The notes beneath the pieces were generated by a model that was not told the origin of the DNA, did no database searches, and saw only the letters and a list, made by a program, of their open reading frames with translations. A program made the position numbers and the translations under genes. Shown here piece after piece: positions 9,494-19,803 of a DNA stretch of 64,000 nucleotides (its first letter is position 1; every line of letters starts with the position of its first letter). The stretch is from Nitrospinaceae bacterium (GTDB lineage Bacteria > Nitrospinota > Nitrospinia > Nitrospinales > Nitrospinaceae), in NCBI GenBank assembly GCA_965237905.1, contig OZ250172.1:800001-864000 (forward strand), in the 5' to 3' direction.

Positions 9494-11871
9494 ACCGCTC
9501 CGATCCTCCTTCCCCACAAAAAACGCAACAGAGCGGTATGGCGCATATCGGATGGCCCGCCATCCAAAACGCGCTGGCTGGGCTGGCCGAATCTGCTATC
9601 ACGCGTGAACTCTGCGTCACTTTGCATCCCGAATCCGGCTTTGAATCGGCCCAACGTCTATTGGAAGAAACCTCCGAGATGGTTCTCTCACTGGCAGGAG
9701 TCGAGCCCTGCCCTCTCCGGTCTTTTGACGATCTGACTCCGATCCTCCAAGAGGTAGTAGAAAATCTTTTTGTGGAACCCATTTCCTGTCTGCAGGCCGC
9801 GCATCACCTGCGACTGGCGCGCGATCTCAAAAAGTATTTTAAAAAGCAGAACGACGCACCACTCCTCAAGCAAATCAGCGAAACCCTGGACCCCATACCA
9901 CCATTGCTGAAAGAGATCGAACGGTGCCTGGATGCCGACGGTGAAATCAAAGAAAATGCATCGCCGGAACTGAAGCAGGCCATGCGTAATGCCGCCACGG
10001 CCCGGCAAAATCTGGAAACGGCTCTCAAGAAAATCATGGCTAAGACCGGATCGAAAGAAGCACTCCAGGATAGTTACTTCACCGAGCGGGAAGGCCGCTT
10101 GGTTCTGCCGGTCAAGGCAGAAGCTAAATCCCAACTGGGGGGCATCGTGCACGACAGTTCCGGCAGTGGTCAAACCTTATTCGTAGAACCCACCTCCATT
10201 ATTCCGCTGAACAATAAAGTCAAAATCGCGCGGATGGATGTCGAGCAGGAAAAAATAAAAATCCTGCAGGCGCTGGCACGCGGCCTGCGGGAACACCGGG
10301 AAATATTGCAAGCCAATCAGGATATTTTGACGACTCTGGACGCAATTTATGCCCGAGCCCGGCTGGCCGGAAAAATGGAAGCACGCCGGTTTCTGTTAAG
10401 GAACGACGGACTGGTGAACCTGCGCCGCGCACGCAATCCCGAACTGGTTTTGAACGGACAGGAAGTGATTCCCAACGATATTCAATGGGACGCGGCGACA
10501 CGGGTCATCATCATCTCCGGTCCCAATACCGGCGGCAAAACGGTGACGTTGAAAACCGTAGGGTTGATGTCCATGATGGCGCGGGCTGGATTGCTCCTGC
10601 CGGTCGCGGACAATTCGGAGATGGGGTTTTTCCCGGAAGTGTACGCCGACATCGGTGACGAGCAGAATATTCAACTGCAGTTGTCCACCTTCTCCGCGCA
10701 TCTCGCAAAAATTATTCATATATTCAATAACGCTTCCGAAGGCGCGTTGATTCTGCTGGACGAGCTGGGTATCGCCACCGACCCGCATGAGGGGGCGGCC
10801 CTGGCGGAATCGATCCTGATCGAAATGAAGCGGCGCGGTTTGATGGTGCTGGTCTCCACCCACTACCTGGCTCTCAAAACTCTGGCGCAAACCGAAGAAG
10901 GATTTTTAAACGCCTGCACCGAATTCGACGATCAGACACACCGGCCCACTTACCGCCTGATCTTCGGCGCACCAGGAGACAGCGCCGCGCTGGAAACGGC
11001 GGAACGTCTCGGGCTCGACGTCGTCACCCTCGACCGCGCCCGCGCTATCTATGAACAAAAAGACCACCGTGCCGAACAACTCCTGCAATCTCTGAGCCGT
11101 CAAAAACGGGAACTGGTTAAGGACCAGGAAGCACTCCAGCAAAAGATGGAAGAGACCAACCGATTGTTGGAAGAGCAGAAAACCATCACCGGAAATTTAA
11201 AGGAAGAGGAACGGGATTTTATCCAAACCAAAGCAAAAAAAGTGCAGGCCTTCGTCCGCGACGCCAAGCGGGAAATCAAAAAACTCATGGACAGTCTGCG
11301 CGAGACCCGCGACGTATCGCACTTGCGCAAGGCCGAGAAACAGATTCACCAACTGGGACAAGTCCCTTTATCCGCTCTGTCCCCGCAGGAAGCGGGTTGG
11401 GAAGTGCCCGCGGACCAACTGAAGTCCGGGGACCGGGTGCGGGTGGAAAATTACAATGCCTTCGGCACTCTTTTGGAGAATCCGGCGGGAAAAACCAAGG
11501 TGCGTATTCAATTGGGGAATCTCGAGACCACTGTGGACATCCAAACACTGAAAGGGAGCCGTGACCCTGCGCCACCGAAAAATACCAAGTCGGAACCGGA
11601 AATACGAATCCAGACGGAAGCCCAAACGTCTTCCCAAACCACATGCGACCTTCGGGGGAAAAGCGTGGACGAAGCGAAAGAGGAAATGGAGGTGTTTCTC
11701 AGTCGCGCCATCGTCAACAAACTGGGGAGAGTGCTTATCATTCACGGTCACGGCATGGGCAAACTGAAACAGATGGTGCGGGACACGCTGGATACCTCCG
11801 GCATCGGTAAAAACCATCATCCCGGCGAACGGCACGAAGGCGGCGACGGAGTGACGGTGGTAGAGCTCTGA
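9490..11871 (+). CDS. mutS2: MutS2 (Smr-domain ATPase)
   Basis: ISGPNTGGKT, ADIGDEQ, STFSAH, LLDELG, C-terminal Smr domain IIHGHGMG...GGDGVT. Confidence 0.96.
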   Translation: MNRSDPPSPQKTQQSGMAHIGWPAIQNALAGLAESAITRELCVTLHPESGFESAQRLLEETSEMVLSLAGVEPCPLRSFDDLTPILQEVVENLFVEPISCLQAAHHLRLARDLKKYFKKQNDAPLLKQISETLDPIPPLLKEIERCLDADGEIKENASPELKQAMRNAATARQNLETALKKIMAKTGSKEALQDSYFTEREGRLVLPVKAEAKSQLGGIVHDSSGSGQTLFVEPTSIIPLNNKVKIARMDVEQEKIKILQALARGLREHREILQANQDILTTLDAIYARARLAGKMEARRFLLRNDGLVNLRRARNPELVLNGQEVIPNDIQWDAATRVIIISGPNTGGKTVTLKTVGLMSMMARAGLLLPVADNSEMGFFPEVYADIGDEQNIQLQLSTFSAHLAKIIHIFNNASEGALILLDELGIATDPHEGAALAESILIEMKRRGLMVLVSTHYLALKTLAQTEEGFLNACTEFDDQTHRPTYRLIFGAPGDSAALETAERLGLDVVTLDRARAIYEQKDHRAEQLLQSLSRQKRELVKDQEALQQKMEETNRLLEEQKTITGNLKEEERDFIQTKAKKVQAFVRDAKREIKKLMDSLRETRDVSHLRKAEKQIHQLGQVPLSALSPQEAGWEVPADQLKSGDRVRVENYNAFGTLLENPAGKTKVRIQLGNLETTVDIQTLKGSRDPAPPKNTKSEPEIRIQTEAQTSSQTTCDLRGKSVDEAKEEMEVFLSRAIVNKLGRVLIIHGHGMGKLKQMVRDTLDTSGIGKNHHPGERHEGGDGVTVVEL

Positions 11872-11924
11872 TGCGTCATTTCAATAACAATACTCTCAAA
11901 CCCTATTTATGTGAGGACTTTATA

Positions 11925-12512
11925 ATGAAACGCATGATTCCGATAGGCTACATCAGCCTGGCAATACTTTTTATGTTTATCAGTCTTTCCCATGCAGGTG
12001 GCGGGAGCGGGAGGGTGCAGGTTACACTTCACGGCAAACGATTGACTCTGATCGGTAATCCTTTGCAGAAAGGACAACTGTTCCCTGCGGTCACGATTCC
12101 CGACAGTGGATTGAAAATGACCGACCTGCAATCCTTCAAGGGCAAGGTGACGATCATCAGTATCGTGCCTTCCATTGACACCAAAGTGTGCGAGAAACAA
12201 ACGCATATTTTAAGCGAAGAGAACGGCGGACTGGACAAAACCGTGCGCCTGGTGACCGTCAGCCGGGACCTGCCGTTCGCGCAAAAGCGGTTCGCTGAAG
12301 AGGCGAAAATCCACAACGTGCTGTTTTTGTCCGATTACCAGCATGGCCAGTTCGGAACATCCACCGGACTCATGATTCAGGAGAACCGTCTGCTGGCCCG
12401 GGCGGTGGTCGTCGTGGATAAAAAAGGCGTGATCCGTTATCTGGAAATAGTGCCGGACCTCGGACAACTGCCGAACATGAAAAAAGCGTTTCAACTGGCG
12501 GAATCTTTATAA
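11925..12512 (+). CDS. tpx: Thiol peroxidase with N-terminal signal peptide
   Basis: VPSIDTKVC, SRDLPFAQKRF, LLARAVVVVD. Confidence 0.9.
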   Translation: MKRMIPIGYISLAILFMFISLSHAGGGSGRVQVTLHGKRLTLIGNPLQKGQLFPAVTIPDSGLKMTDLQSFKGKVTIISIVPSIDTKVCEKQTHILSEENGGLDKTVRLVTVSRDLPFAQKRFAEEAKIHNVLFLSDYQHGQFGTSTGLMIQENRLLARAVVVVDKKGVIRYLEIVPDLGQLPNMKKAFQLAESL

Positions 12513-12541
12513 GGACAAGGATCGGTTTTGGGGGAAATGTT

Positions 12542-13246
12542 TTATACCGCTTCGGCTTCTTTGTGAGATTGCAGGTCTTCCGGTTTGATTACGGGACGAG
12601 CGATGCACAACGTCCCAATAAAGTTTTTTTCCACACCGATCGTTTGCACGTGTTCGTCGCTCTCCTCCCACAGGCCGCAGGCATCCACCGCAAACTCGAG
12701 CGCTGGAATTTCACTGGATATCACGGAATTCGGGCTGGTCCTCAATTGAATCGAGAGGTGGTAGGTCGCCCGGTGCCCGACCCATTTGGTCATGATTTGG
12801 GGAAGCACTTCGTCCTTGTTATCCATGAACAAAAGATCGCCGACAAACTCCCCCACCATTTCCCCGTCTTCATATCCCAGCAATCGCACGGCAGGATTGG
12901 CGAAAACAACAATGCCATGGCTGTCCAGCTGAAATATCAGATCATTGGTGGATTCGACAATGGATCTGTACCTTCGTGCCGTTTTGCCTAATTCGGTGAC
13001 CGTTTTCTTGCCGGTTTCCTGAAGCCCTCCCATCAAACCGGGAAGGGTGAAGAGCATCGCCAGCAAAACAATGCTGATATGTACCCCGGTATCGAACCAG
13101 GGCATTTCACCTTGGGAAGACACTTGAAAGACCGGCTTGATCATGCCTTCCAACACGAACTCCCACACCAGGGACAACGCCAGGACCAAAAACAGAGTTG
13201 TTCCGAAGTGCTTCCAGATCTTTTTTTTAAAGTTTTCCGGACTCAT
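12542..13246 (-). CDS. Two-TM protein with a PAS domain and no output domain
   Basis: RYRSIVESTNDLIFQLD..G.VVFANPA..LLGY PAS signature. Confidence 0.8.
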   Translation of the reverse strand: MSPENFKKKIWKHFGTTLFLVLALSLVWEFVLEGMIKPVFQVSSQGEMPWFDTGVHISIVLLAMLFTLPGLMGGLQETGKKTVTELGKTARRYRSIVESTNDLIFQLDSHGIVVFANPAVRLLGYEDGEMVGEFVGDLLFMDNKDEVLPQIMTKWVGHRATYHLSIQLRTSPNSVISSEIPALEFAVDACGLWEESDEHVQTIGVEKNFIGTLCIARPVIKPEDLQSHKEAEAV

Positions 13247-13386
13247 AGGGCGCGTCTAGGAAAAAGCCTCAAAAGTATTGCAAATTTGAACATGACTAGA
13301 TAGTCATCAGATTACCATTTATCAGGTAAACATTCCAGTCTTTCTTGGGTGGAAAATGATGAAATCAGCCGTATTGCCTATAGGGA

Positions 13387-16314
13387 TTAATGGAACACCT
13401 TGACCAGGTTTTCGAAATGGGAGGAGGATTTTTTGATCTTGCCCTCGTTGCCCAAAGCACACACCGTTCCCTGATCGCGGACTATTTCAAACAGCCCGGC
13501 ATATTCCCGGATATCGCTCATCCGGGTGGACAACAATTCCTCCAGGCGCCGTTGCTTGAATTCATGGGTCAGGCCGGTCAAATGTTCAGTTTTAGCGATA
13601 TATCCTTTGCGATCCGGAGTCAGGGGAGGATTGATCTTACCGGCACAACCGATGACGATCTTCTCGAACTCCTCGTCAGGAATTTCCAGCTGGCTTAGAA
13701 ATTCGGGGATGTCATCGTACGCCTGCAGGGTTTCCACCAGATTGGGGTCGCGGTAGGAGACCAACGTAAGATCTCCTGTATACGGGTCAAAGCTCAAGCT
13801 GCTTCCATACGCACCTCCCTTGACGCGCACCCGGTCCCACAGGTAAACCGTGCTCAACAGAGCCCTGAGAACGTCGAACTTCCCGGAAAACTTAAATCCA
13901 TGATCGTAAAGGTTGGCGGCCTTCCCGACATATTGAACAGTGCTCGCCGTCATGAATGCTTCGTTGGAATCCACCGATCCAAACTCCAGCCCGGCGGTAG
14001 GGTGGGACACATCAGGCAACACGTCCGTAATCCCTTGCAGGCGTTTTTCCACCTTTTTATAATCCTTGCCCGTGCAGGTGATGTTGGCCAGCAGGTTGTC
14101 CCGGGTGAACATATACTTCGCCACCTCCTGAAAACGGTCCGCCACTTCCCGTGGATTGTTTTCCACACGCGTCAGCAGGTCTTCGAGAAAACGGAAATAA
14201 GTGATCCCTCCCAGCAATTCGTCATAACGACCGATGCGGGAGTTATAGGACTGGAGCCGCGACGCGACATAATGGTTGCCGTGCGGAACAATGGAAGCTT
14301 CCATGTTTGCCTTGGCGCTCCGGATAATTTCCGCAAGCCGCTTGTGATTATCGAAGTTGCGTTCGCCGAGCAATTCCTCGAACAGGTCGAACAGGTCGTC
14401 AACCTTTTCCACAAGTGCTGTGCCGTTGAAGTTGAGATAGGAAATGATCTGGTTCCGGTCCCGTAATAGGACGGTGGAAAAGTCGGACGAGGAAATTCCG
14501 CCGGTGCGAATACCGATCTGCTGGCCCATTTCCACATAGTCGCGTTTGTTGGTTCCCATGCCCAACACCAACCGGCCCAGCAATGGCAGGTATTGAATTT
14601 GATCCTGCGGTACTTTCTCCGCGGTGAAACACATTTGGGTGTAGGCGATCTTGTTGGTAAACAGATCGTGGAACAACGTCTTGGGCGCATGCTCCTTTTT
14701 AATCTCGCAAGGGTATTGCGGCGCTTCTTTGCCCACATCCCCCAGCGTCAGCCGGGGCAAGGTGGCCAGAGCTTCCGGCGAGTCCGGCTCCATCTGCCGT
14801 TCTTGAAGCGTTTGGGTGGTTTGTACCAGCTTCTCAATTTCCGGCTCGGCCAGGGAGGCTTTCATTTGCCGCAATTGTTTTCGGACTTTGGCTTCCTGCT
14901 TCTCTCCCAATCCCGGTTTGGGGACCAGCACCACCACACTGCGGTGTTTGTTCTCCAGTAAATATTTGCGGATAAGTTTTTCGAAATGGCCTTCTTTCGA
15001 CTTCTTTTTGACCTTTTTAATCAGCCGGTCGTATTTCAGATGGTTCAGCGGATTGGCGTCGTACAGCCAGGAACCGAGGGCCTGAATGTTGTAGACGATG
15101 CCTTTCGGGAACCCGCCGAAATTGGCCTCGCGCAGTTTGAAGTCAATGGTATTGACCGAAGCCAGCACTTGGTTTTCATCGATGCCGTTTTCAGCTAAAC
15201 CTTCCAGAGTGCTGAAAATGAGATCAACGATCTTCTGCGCATCTTTTTCTTCCGCGCCTTTCAGGCCCACGGCGAACATAGTCTCAATGCGGTTGTCGTC
15301 GAACCCGCCGCCGATGACTTCGGACCCCAGATTGGATTGCAACAGCGCCTTGCGCAGAGGCGAGCCGGAGGTGCCCAGCAGAATATGACTCAGAATATCC
15401 ATGAACAGGCAATGTTCGTAATCGGTCGACTTGCCGAGCTTGAGTCCTACGACGACAAATGTTTTTTTCTCCGGCGATTCGTCTTTGGAAATCGAGTAAG
15501 GAACTTCTTTCCATTTGGGTTTGCTGAACCGCCGCTGAAGCCCAACTTCAGAATCCACCTCCACGCGATCAAACCCGTTGAGATATTCCTCGTGCAGAAA
15601 CTTGAGCTGGTCCGCCGTGTTGCCGTCGCCGTACAAAAAGATGCGACTGTTGGAGGGATGGTAGTAGCGCCGGTGAAAGTCCTTGAACTCCTCATAAGTC
15701 AACTCGGGGATGACCAGCGGATCGCCGCCGGACTCGTAACCGTACGTGGTTTTCGGGAACAAGGAATGCGCCAGGTAACGATCGAGCACGCTTTCGGGAC
15801 TGGAGAAAACCCCCTTCATTTCATTGAACACAACGCCCTTGTAGGACACCGGACCGTCCGGGTCTTCCAGTTCGTAATGCCAGCCCTCCTGCATGAACGT
15901 CTCCTTGGTGATGCGCGGATGAAACACAGCATCGAGGTACACGTTCATGAGGTTGTACAAATCCTTCTGGTTTCTGCTGGCCACCGGGTACATGGTTTTG
16001 TCGGGAAACGTCATTGCATTGAGAAACGTCTGCAGACTGCCCTTCATGAGTTCCACAAACGGTTCCTTGACGGGAAATTTCCGGGAACCGCACAGTACGC
16101 TGTGCTCCAGAATGTGGGCCACACCGCGATCATTGGCGGGCGGGGTACGGAAGGTGACGCTGAACACCTTGTTGTCATCGTCGTTTTCCATCACCAACAG
16201 CTCGGCTCCTGTTTTCTCATGCTCAAACTGGAGCGCGACGGAGTTGAGCTCCTTGATGTTTTCCTGATGGATGCATTTAAAACCGTGATAGGTCTGGTGA
16301 GTTTCAAAACTCAT
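13387..16314 (-). CDS. M16C metallopeptidase (presequence protease/insulinase family)
   Basis: HILEHSVLCGSRKFP (HxxEH), FLNAMT, GVVFNEMKG, VRVKGGAYG, SYRDPN. Confidence 0.93.
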   Translation of the reverse strand: MSFETHQTYHGFKCIHQENIKELNSVALQFEHEKTGAELLVMENDDDNKVFSVTFRTPPANDRGVAHILEHSVLCGSRKFPVKEPFVELMKGSLQTFLNAMTFPDKTMYPVASRNQKDLYNLMNVYLDAVFHPRITKETFMQEGWHYELEDPDGPVSYKGVVFNEMKGVFSSPESVLDRYLAHSLFPKTTYGYESGGDPLVIPELTYEEFKDFHRRYYHPSNSRIFLYGDGNTADQLKFLHEEYLNGFDRVEVDSEVGLQRRFSKPKWKEVPYSISKDESPEKKTFVVVGLKLGKSTDYEHCLFMDILSHILLGTSGSPLRKALLQSNLGSEVIGGGFDDNRIETMFAVGLKGAEEKDAQKIVDLIFSTLEGLAENGIDENQVLASVNTIDFKLREANFGGFPKGIVYNIQALGSWLYDANPLNHLKYDRLIKKVKKKSKEGHFEKLIRKYLLENKHRSVVVLVPKPGLGEKQEAKVRKQLRQMKASLAEPEIEKLVQTTQTLQERQMEPDSPEALATLPRLTLGDVGKEAPQYPCEIKKEHAPKTLFHDLFTNKIAYTQMCFTAEKVPQDQIQYLPLLGRLVLGMGTNKRDYVEMGQQIGIRTGGISSSDFSTVLLRDRNQIISYLNFNGTALVEKVDDLFDLFEELLGERNFDNHKRLAEIIRSAKANMEASIVPHGNHYVASRLQSYNSRIGRYDELLGGITYFRFLEDLLTRVENNPREVADRFQEVAKYMFTRDNLLANITCTGKDYKKVEKRLQGITDVLPDVSHPTAGLEFGSVDSNEAFMTASTVQYVGKAANLYDHGFKFSGKFDVLRALLSTVYLWDRVRVKGGAYGSSLSFDPYTGDLTLVSYRDPNLVETLQAYDDIPEFLSQLEIPDEEFEKIVIGCAGKINPPLTPDRKGYIAKTEHLTGLTHEFKQRRLEELLSTRMSDIREYAGLFEIVRDQGTVCALGNEGKIKKSSSHFENLVKVFH

Positions 16315-16412
16315 GGACGTTCCTTTCCGGATATCGAAACCCACTAAGAGATACTTTGCGGGATGGGGGTTGAATTGAAGGGGGAAGAATACCACAGCAT
16401 GGGGGAAAATCC

Positions 16413-17177
16413 CTATCCCGTAATCTCGAGGCCCACGGGACAATGGTCGGAGCCCATCACCTCCGGCGTAATATACGAATTTTTAACGCGTTTCATGAGG
16501 CTCTCGGTGACGAAAAAGTAGTCTATCCGCCACCCGATGTTGCGTTCACGCGCATTGGCGCGATAGGTCCACCAGGAATATTGATCGGGCTTCTGGTTGA
16601 ATTGGCGGAAGGTGTCGACATAACCGTGGGCGACGAATTGGTCCATCCACTCACGTTCGATCGGCAGGAACCCGGAGTTTTTTTCATTGGGCTTGGGATT
16701 TTTCAGATCGATGGCCTTGTGTGCCGTATTGACATCCCCGCAGATAACCAGTTCTTTCCCTTCCGCCCGCAACGCTTCACAATGCTCGAGAAACGCGTCG
16801 TAAAAATCGAGCTTGTACTGAAGGCGCTCCTCCCCGCTGGTGCCATTGGGGAAATAAATATTGAGCAGATCAAATTTGGGGAACTCGAGGCGGATGTAAC
16901 GGCCCTCCACATCGAACCGGTCAATCCCCACTCCCAGGTGAACGCTCTTCGGTTTCTTTTTGGTGAACGTGACCACGCCGCTGTAGCCCTTGCGCTGGGC
17001 CGGGTTCCATGTCGCGTGGTAACCGTCCAGTTTCGCCACATGCGGCGGCACCTGGTCGGGATACGCCTTGGCCTCCTGCAGGCACAGCACGTCCGGCGAT
17101 ACCCGGTCCACCCATTCCAGAAATCCCTTTTTCACCGCGGCACGGATGCCATTGACGTTCCAGCTGACAATGTTCAT
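16413..17177 (-). CDS. xth: Exodeoxyribonuclease III / AP endonuclease
   Basis: SWNVNGIRA, LCLQE, YFPNG, GDVN, GWRIDY, SDHCP. Confidence 0.96.
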   Translation of the reverse strand: MNIVSWNVNGIRAAVKKGFLEWVDRVSPDVLCLQEAKAYPDQVPPHVAKLDGYHATWNPAQRKGYSGVVTFTKKKPKSVHLGVGIDRFDVEGRYIRLEFPKFDLLNIYFPNGTSGEERLQYKLDFYDAFLEHCEALRAEGKELVICGDVNTAHKAIDLKNPKPNEKNSGFLPIEREWMDQFVAHGYVDTFRQFNQKPDQYSWWTYRANARERNIGWRIDYFFVTESLMKRVKNSYITPEVMGSDHCPVGLEITG

Positions 17178-17362
17178 GAAACCTCGTTATTACGGGAACC
17201 CGTCTCACGAAGACTCCCCTTTTAAAAGAGCGCAAAGCATAAGGGAAATGTCATATCAGTGCAAGCACCTTTGCGTTTTTCGGTTAAACTATAGGGAGGT
17301 TTTCATAGGAATCTATTTTCCTCTCCATCTATTCACCCGGATCAACACCCAAGGAGACATCT

Positions 17363-17899
17363 ATGTTGGATTTCACCCATATCCGCTATGGTATCGCCAT
17401 CGCTCTGGTGGCAATTTTATTCGGCGGTTTGCTCGGCCTGTCTTTCGGGTGTTGCGAAGACGACATCAAGGGCAACCTGAGGGCGAGTGCAGATGCCGTA
17501 CTTGATAAACATTATGGCGGCGATGCCAACAAGGCGGTCTCAACCGTGAGCAAGTCCTGGGTCTATTTCAAGCGTGCGCATCTGCATTCCCAGACCATGG
17601 GCGTCATGGCCATCGTGTTCGCCCTGCTGGCCGCCTGGCTCAACTTTCAACCGAAATTTCAACTGGGAATTTCTCTATTGAGCGGCCTGGGAAGCCTCGG
17701 GTATGGCCTGTTCTGGTTGCTGGCGGCAATTCTGGCGCCGGGGATGGGGTCGACCCATGCCTCCAAAGAATCGGTGGCACTGATCGCTCAACTATCGGGC
17801 GGAGCTTTTTTTGTATCCGGTGTCACGGTATTCGGCTTGATACTCTGGAAACTGTTTATACAGGGCAGGAAGACTTCCAGCCTTCCCGGCTCATCGTAG
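17363..17899 (+). CDS. Four-TM membrane protein with HxH motif, unknown function
   Basis: GGAG RBS, four hydrophobic helices, RAHLHSQTMG. Confidence 0.8.
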   Translation: MLDFTHIRYGIAIALVAILFGGLLGLSFGCCEDDIKGNLRASADAVLDKHYGGDANKAVSTVSKSWVYFKRAHLHSQTMGVMAIVFALLAAWLNFQPKFQLGISLLSGLGSLGYGLFWLLAAILAPGMGSTHASKESVALIAQLSGGAFFVSGVTVFGLILWKLFIQGRKTSSLPGSS

Positions 17900-17902
17900 C
17901 TA

Positions 17903-18310
17903 TCAGGAAGTCTCTTCCGGGGTCACGGTGGGTAGCGCGGCGGCATGATGGAGAATCATTTCCCAGTCGCCTCCCACTTTCTGAAACAGGTTGGTGGCGT
18001 GCACCTTGGAGCTTTGGACACCGGTCATTTTGATGGAAAACAGGTTTTCCTGGCAACTCACCCAGGCAAAATCATCCTGGATCACCACATCCGCGTCGGA
18101 CACTTTGATTTCCATGTGCTGGTTGTGGTGAAAAATATCCTCCCAGCTTTGGATGATCTCTTCATATCCCTTGAGCACCGGCCAACCGGGATGAATACAA
18201 CGGGCGCAAGCATCGTCCTGCCACACGTCTTTCATCATGGCTAAATCCTGCTTGTTGAACGCGTCGTAAAACGATTGGTTGGAGGATAAAATTTGCTGGT
18301 CAGTTTGCAT
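17903..18310 (-). CDS. NTF2/SnoaL-like protein
   Basis: FYDAF, CIHPGW, ATNLF, WEMILHH. Confidence 0.88.
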   Translation of the reverse strand: MQTDQQILSSNQSFYDAFNKQDLAMMKDVWQDDACARCIHPGWPVLKGYEEIIQSWEDIFHHNQHMEIKVSDADVVIQDDFAWVSCQENLFSIKMTGVQSSKVHATNLFQKVGGDWEMILHHAAALPTVTPEETS

Positions 18311-18381
18311 TATAGGTTTCGTTTCCGTCTGAGGTTTGAGAATAAGTGCGTGAGCGGGGTCTACATTCCTATTAGAAGGCT

Positions 18382-18987
18382 TTACCCCGGAGCTTTCAAC
18401 AAATATTCGAGAGCCTTGAATGTTTCTTCCGATTCCCAGTTTTTAGCGCCATCGACTTCAGCCACCACCATACCCTTTTTATCGATCACGAAAGTGGTGG
18501 GAATGGTGAGGGTATGGTACCGGCTTTCCACCTCTCCGTCCGAGTCGAGCAATACCGGGAAGGACAATCGGTACTCGTCGGCAAATGTCTGAACCTTGTC
18601 GGAAGACCCCTTATCGAGACTGACCGCCAGTATTTCCAGGCCCTCGGACCGGTACCGGCGGTAAAGGTTTTCCATTCCGGGCATTTCCACCCGGCAGGGC
18701 CCGCACCAGGTGGCCCACAAATTGAGAATAACCACCTTCCCCTTATGGTCCGCCAGTTGCACGCGGTGGCCTTTCAGGTTGCGCACGGTAAAGGCCGGCG
18801 CCTTGAACCCCACCTCTGATTTTTCAATATCGACACCGGGCGGCAATTGGACATCCGCCAGGGTCATCGGCGTCTCATAGTAATGATCCACCATGATCAG
18901 AATCGCGGCGACAAACAACACCGCATAAATAGCCGCGTACTTTTTAGTGAGAGTAGAGCCGCTCTTTTTTGATACGGTCGATTTCAT
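18382..18987 (-). CDS. TlpA/CcmG-like thiol-disulfide oxidoreductase
   Basis: N-terminal TM, NLWATWCGPCRVEMP, IPTTFVID; last gene of the ccm operon. Confidence 0.9.
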   Translation of the reverse strand: MKSTVSKKSGSTLTKKYAAIYAVLFVAAILIMVDHYYETPMTLADVQLPPGVDIEKSEVGFKAPAFTVRNLKGHRVQLADHKGKVVILNLWATWCGPCRVEMPGMENLYRRYRSEGLEILAVSLDKGSSDKVQTFADEYRLSFPVLLDSDGEVESRYHTLTIPTTFVIDKKGMVVAEVDGAKNWESEETFKALEYLLKAPG

Positions 18988-19654
18988 CTTTCATCCGTTC
19001 GAGCCGCACCCGCAGGCTCATCAAAAGAAAATAAAGCAGGGTGAACGCCGCCAGGGAAATCATCAAGGTTATAAACATTGGAGTTTCCAGACCCGTGCCG
19101 AGACCTTCGCCTGTCAAAACTTTAGGATCCGGGTGGAGGGTGTTCCACCATAATACGGAGAAATGGATCAAGGGTATGTCGAGAAACCCGACAATTCCTA
19201 TCACGGCGGCGTACTTGGCGCGGGTGGAACCGGGTTCGCTCTGCGCCCGGAGCATCAGGTAAGCGACATAGATCAGCCACAAAACAAGGGTGGAAGTCAA
19301 ACGTGCGTCCCACACCCACCAGACACCCCAGATCGGTTTACCCCACAGCGGACCGGTGATCAACACCAGGGAACAGAAGACAATACCGATTTCCGCCGAG
19401 GCATGGGCGTATATATCCCATTCCCGCTCTTTCTTCCAGAGATACAGAATACTGCACAGGAAGACTATGAAAAACGCGAAGAACGCGATCCACGCCGAAG
19501 GCACATGAAAATACATGACGCGTTGAACCGCCTGTTCCGTTTTTTCCGTCGGGACATAGATAAAAATTGCCCACAAGGCCGCCAGAATACTCACGCCCGT
19601 CAGACCCATCAGGCCGTAACCGGGGCTTTCATTTTCTTCAGAAGCGTCACTCAT
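18944..19654 (-). CDS. ccmC: Heme exporter protein C
   Basis: YFHVP, WGKPIWGVWWVWDARLT (WWD domain), WWNTLHP. Confidence 0.96.
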   Translation of the reverse strand: MSDASEENESPGYGLMGLTGVSILAALWAIFIYVPTEKTEQAVQRVMYFHVPSAWIAFFAFFIVFLCSILYLWKKEREWDIYAHASAEIGIVFCSLVLITGPLWGKPIWGVWWVWDARLTSTLVLWLIYVAYLMLRAQSEPGSTRAKYAAVIGIVGFLDIPLIHFSVLWWNTLHPDPKVLTGEGLGTGLETPMFITLMISLAAFTLLYFLLMSLRVRLERMKDEIDRIKKERLYSH

Positions 19655-19799
19655 GGTCCGAATCCTTTTTCAGAGTTTCCTTGAGCAGGTCCAGATCCTT
19701 TTTGAGGGAATGATTCCGCCGGACGAGGGAGAACACGTACACAAAAATCCCGCCCCAGACAAACACGTTGGCCGCAAACAAATACTCCATGTATTTCAT
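19647..19799 (-). CDS. ccmD: Heme exporter protein D-like small protein (absent from ORF track)
   Basis: MKYMEYLFAANVFVWGGIFVYVFSLVRRNHSLKKDLDLLKETLKKDSDHE*, 50 aa; TM plus charged coiled coil; overlaps the ccmC start. Confidence 0.75.
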   Translation of the reverse strand: MKYMEYLFAANVFVWGGIFVYVFSLVRRNHSLKKDLDLLKETLKKDSDHE

Positions 19800-19803
19800 G
19801 CAA

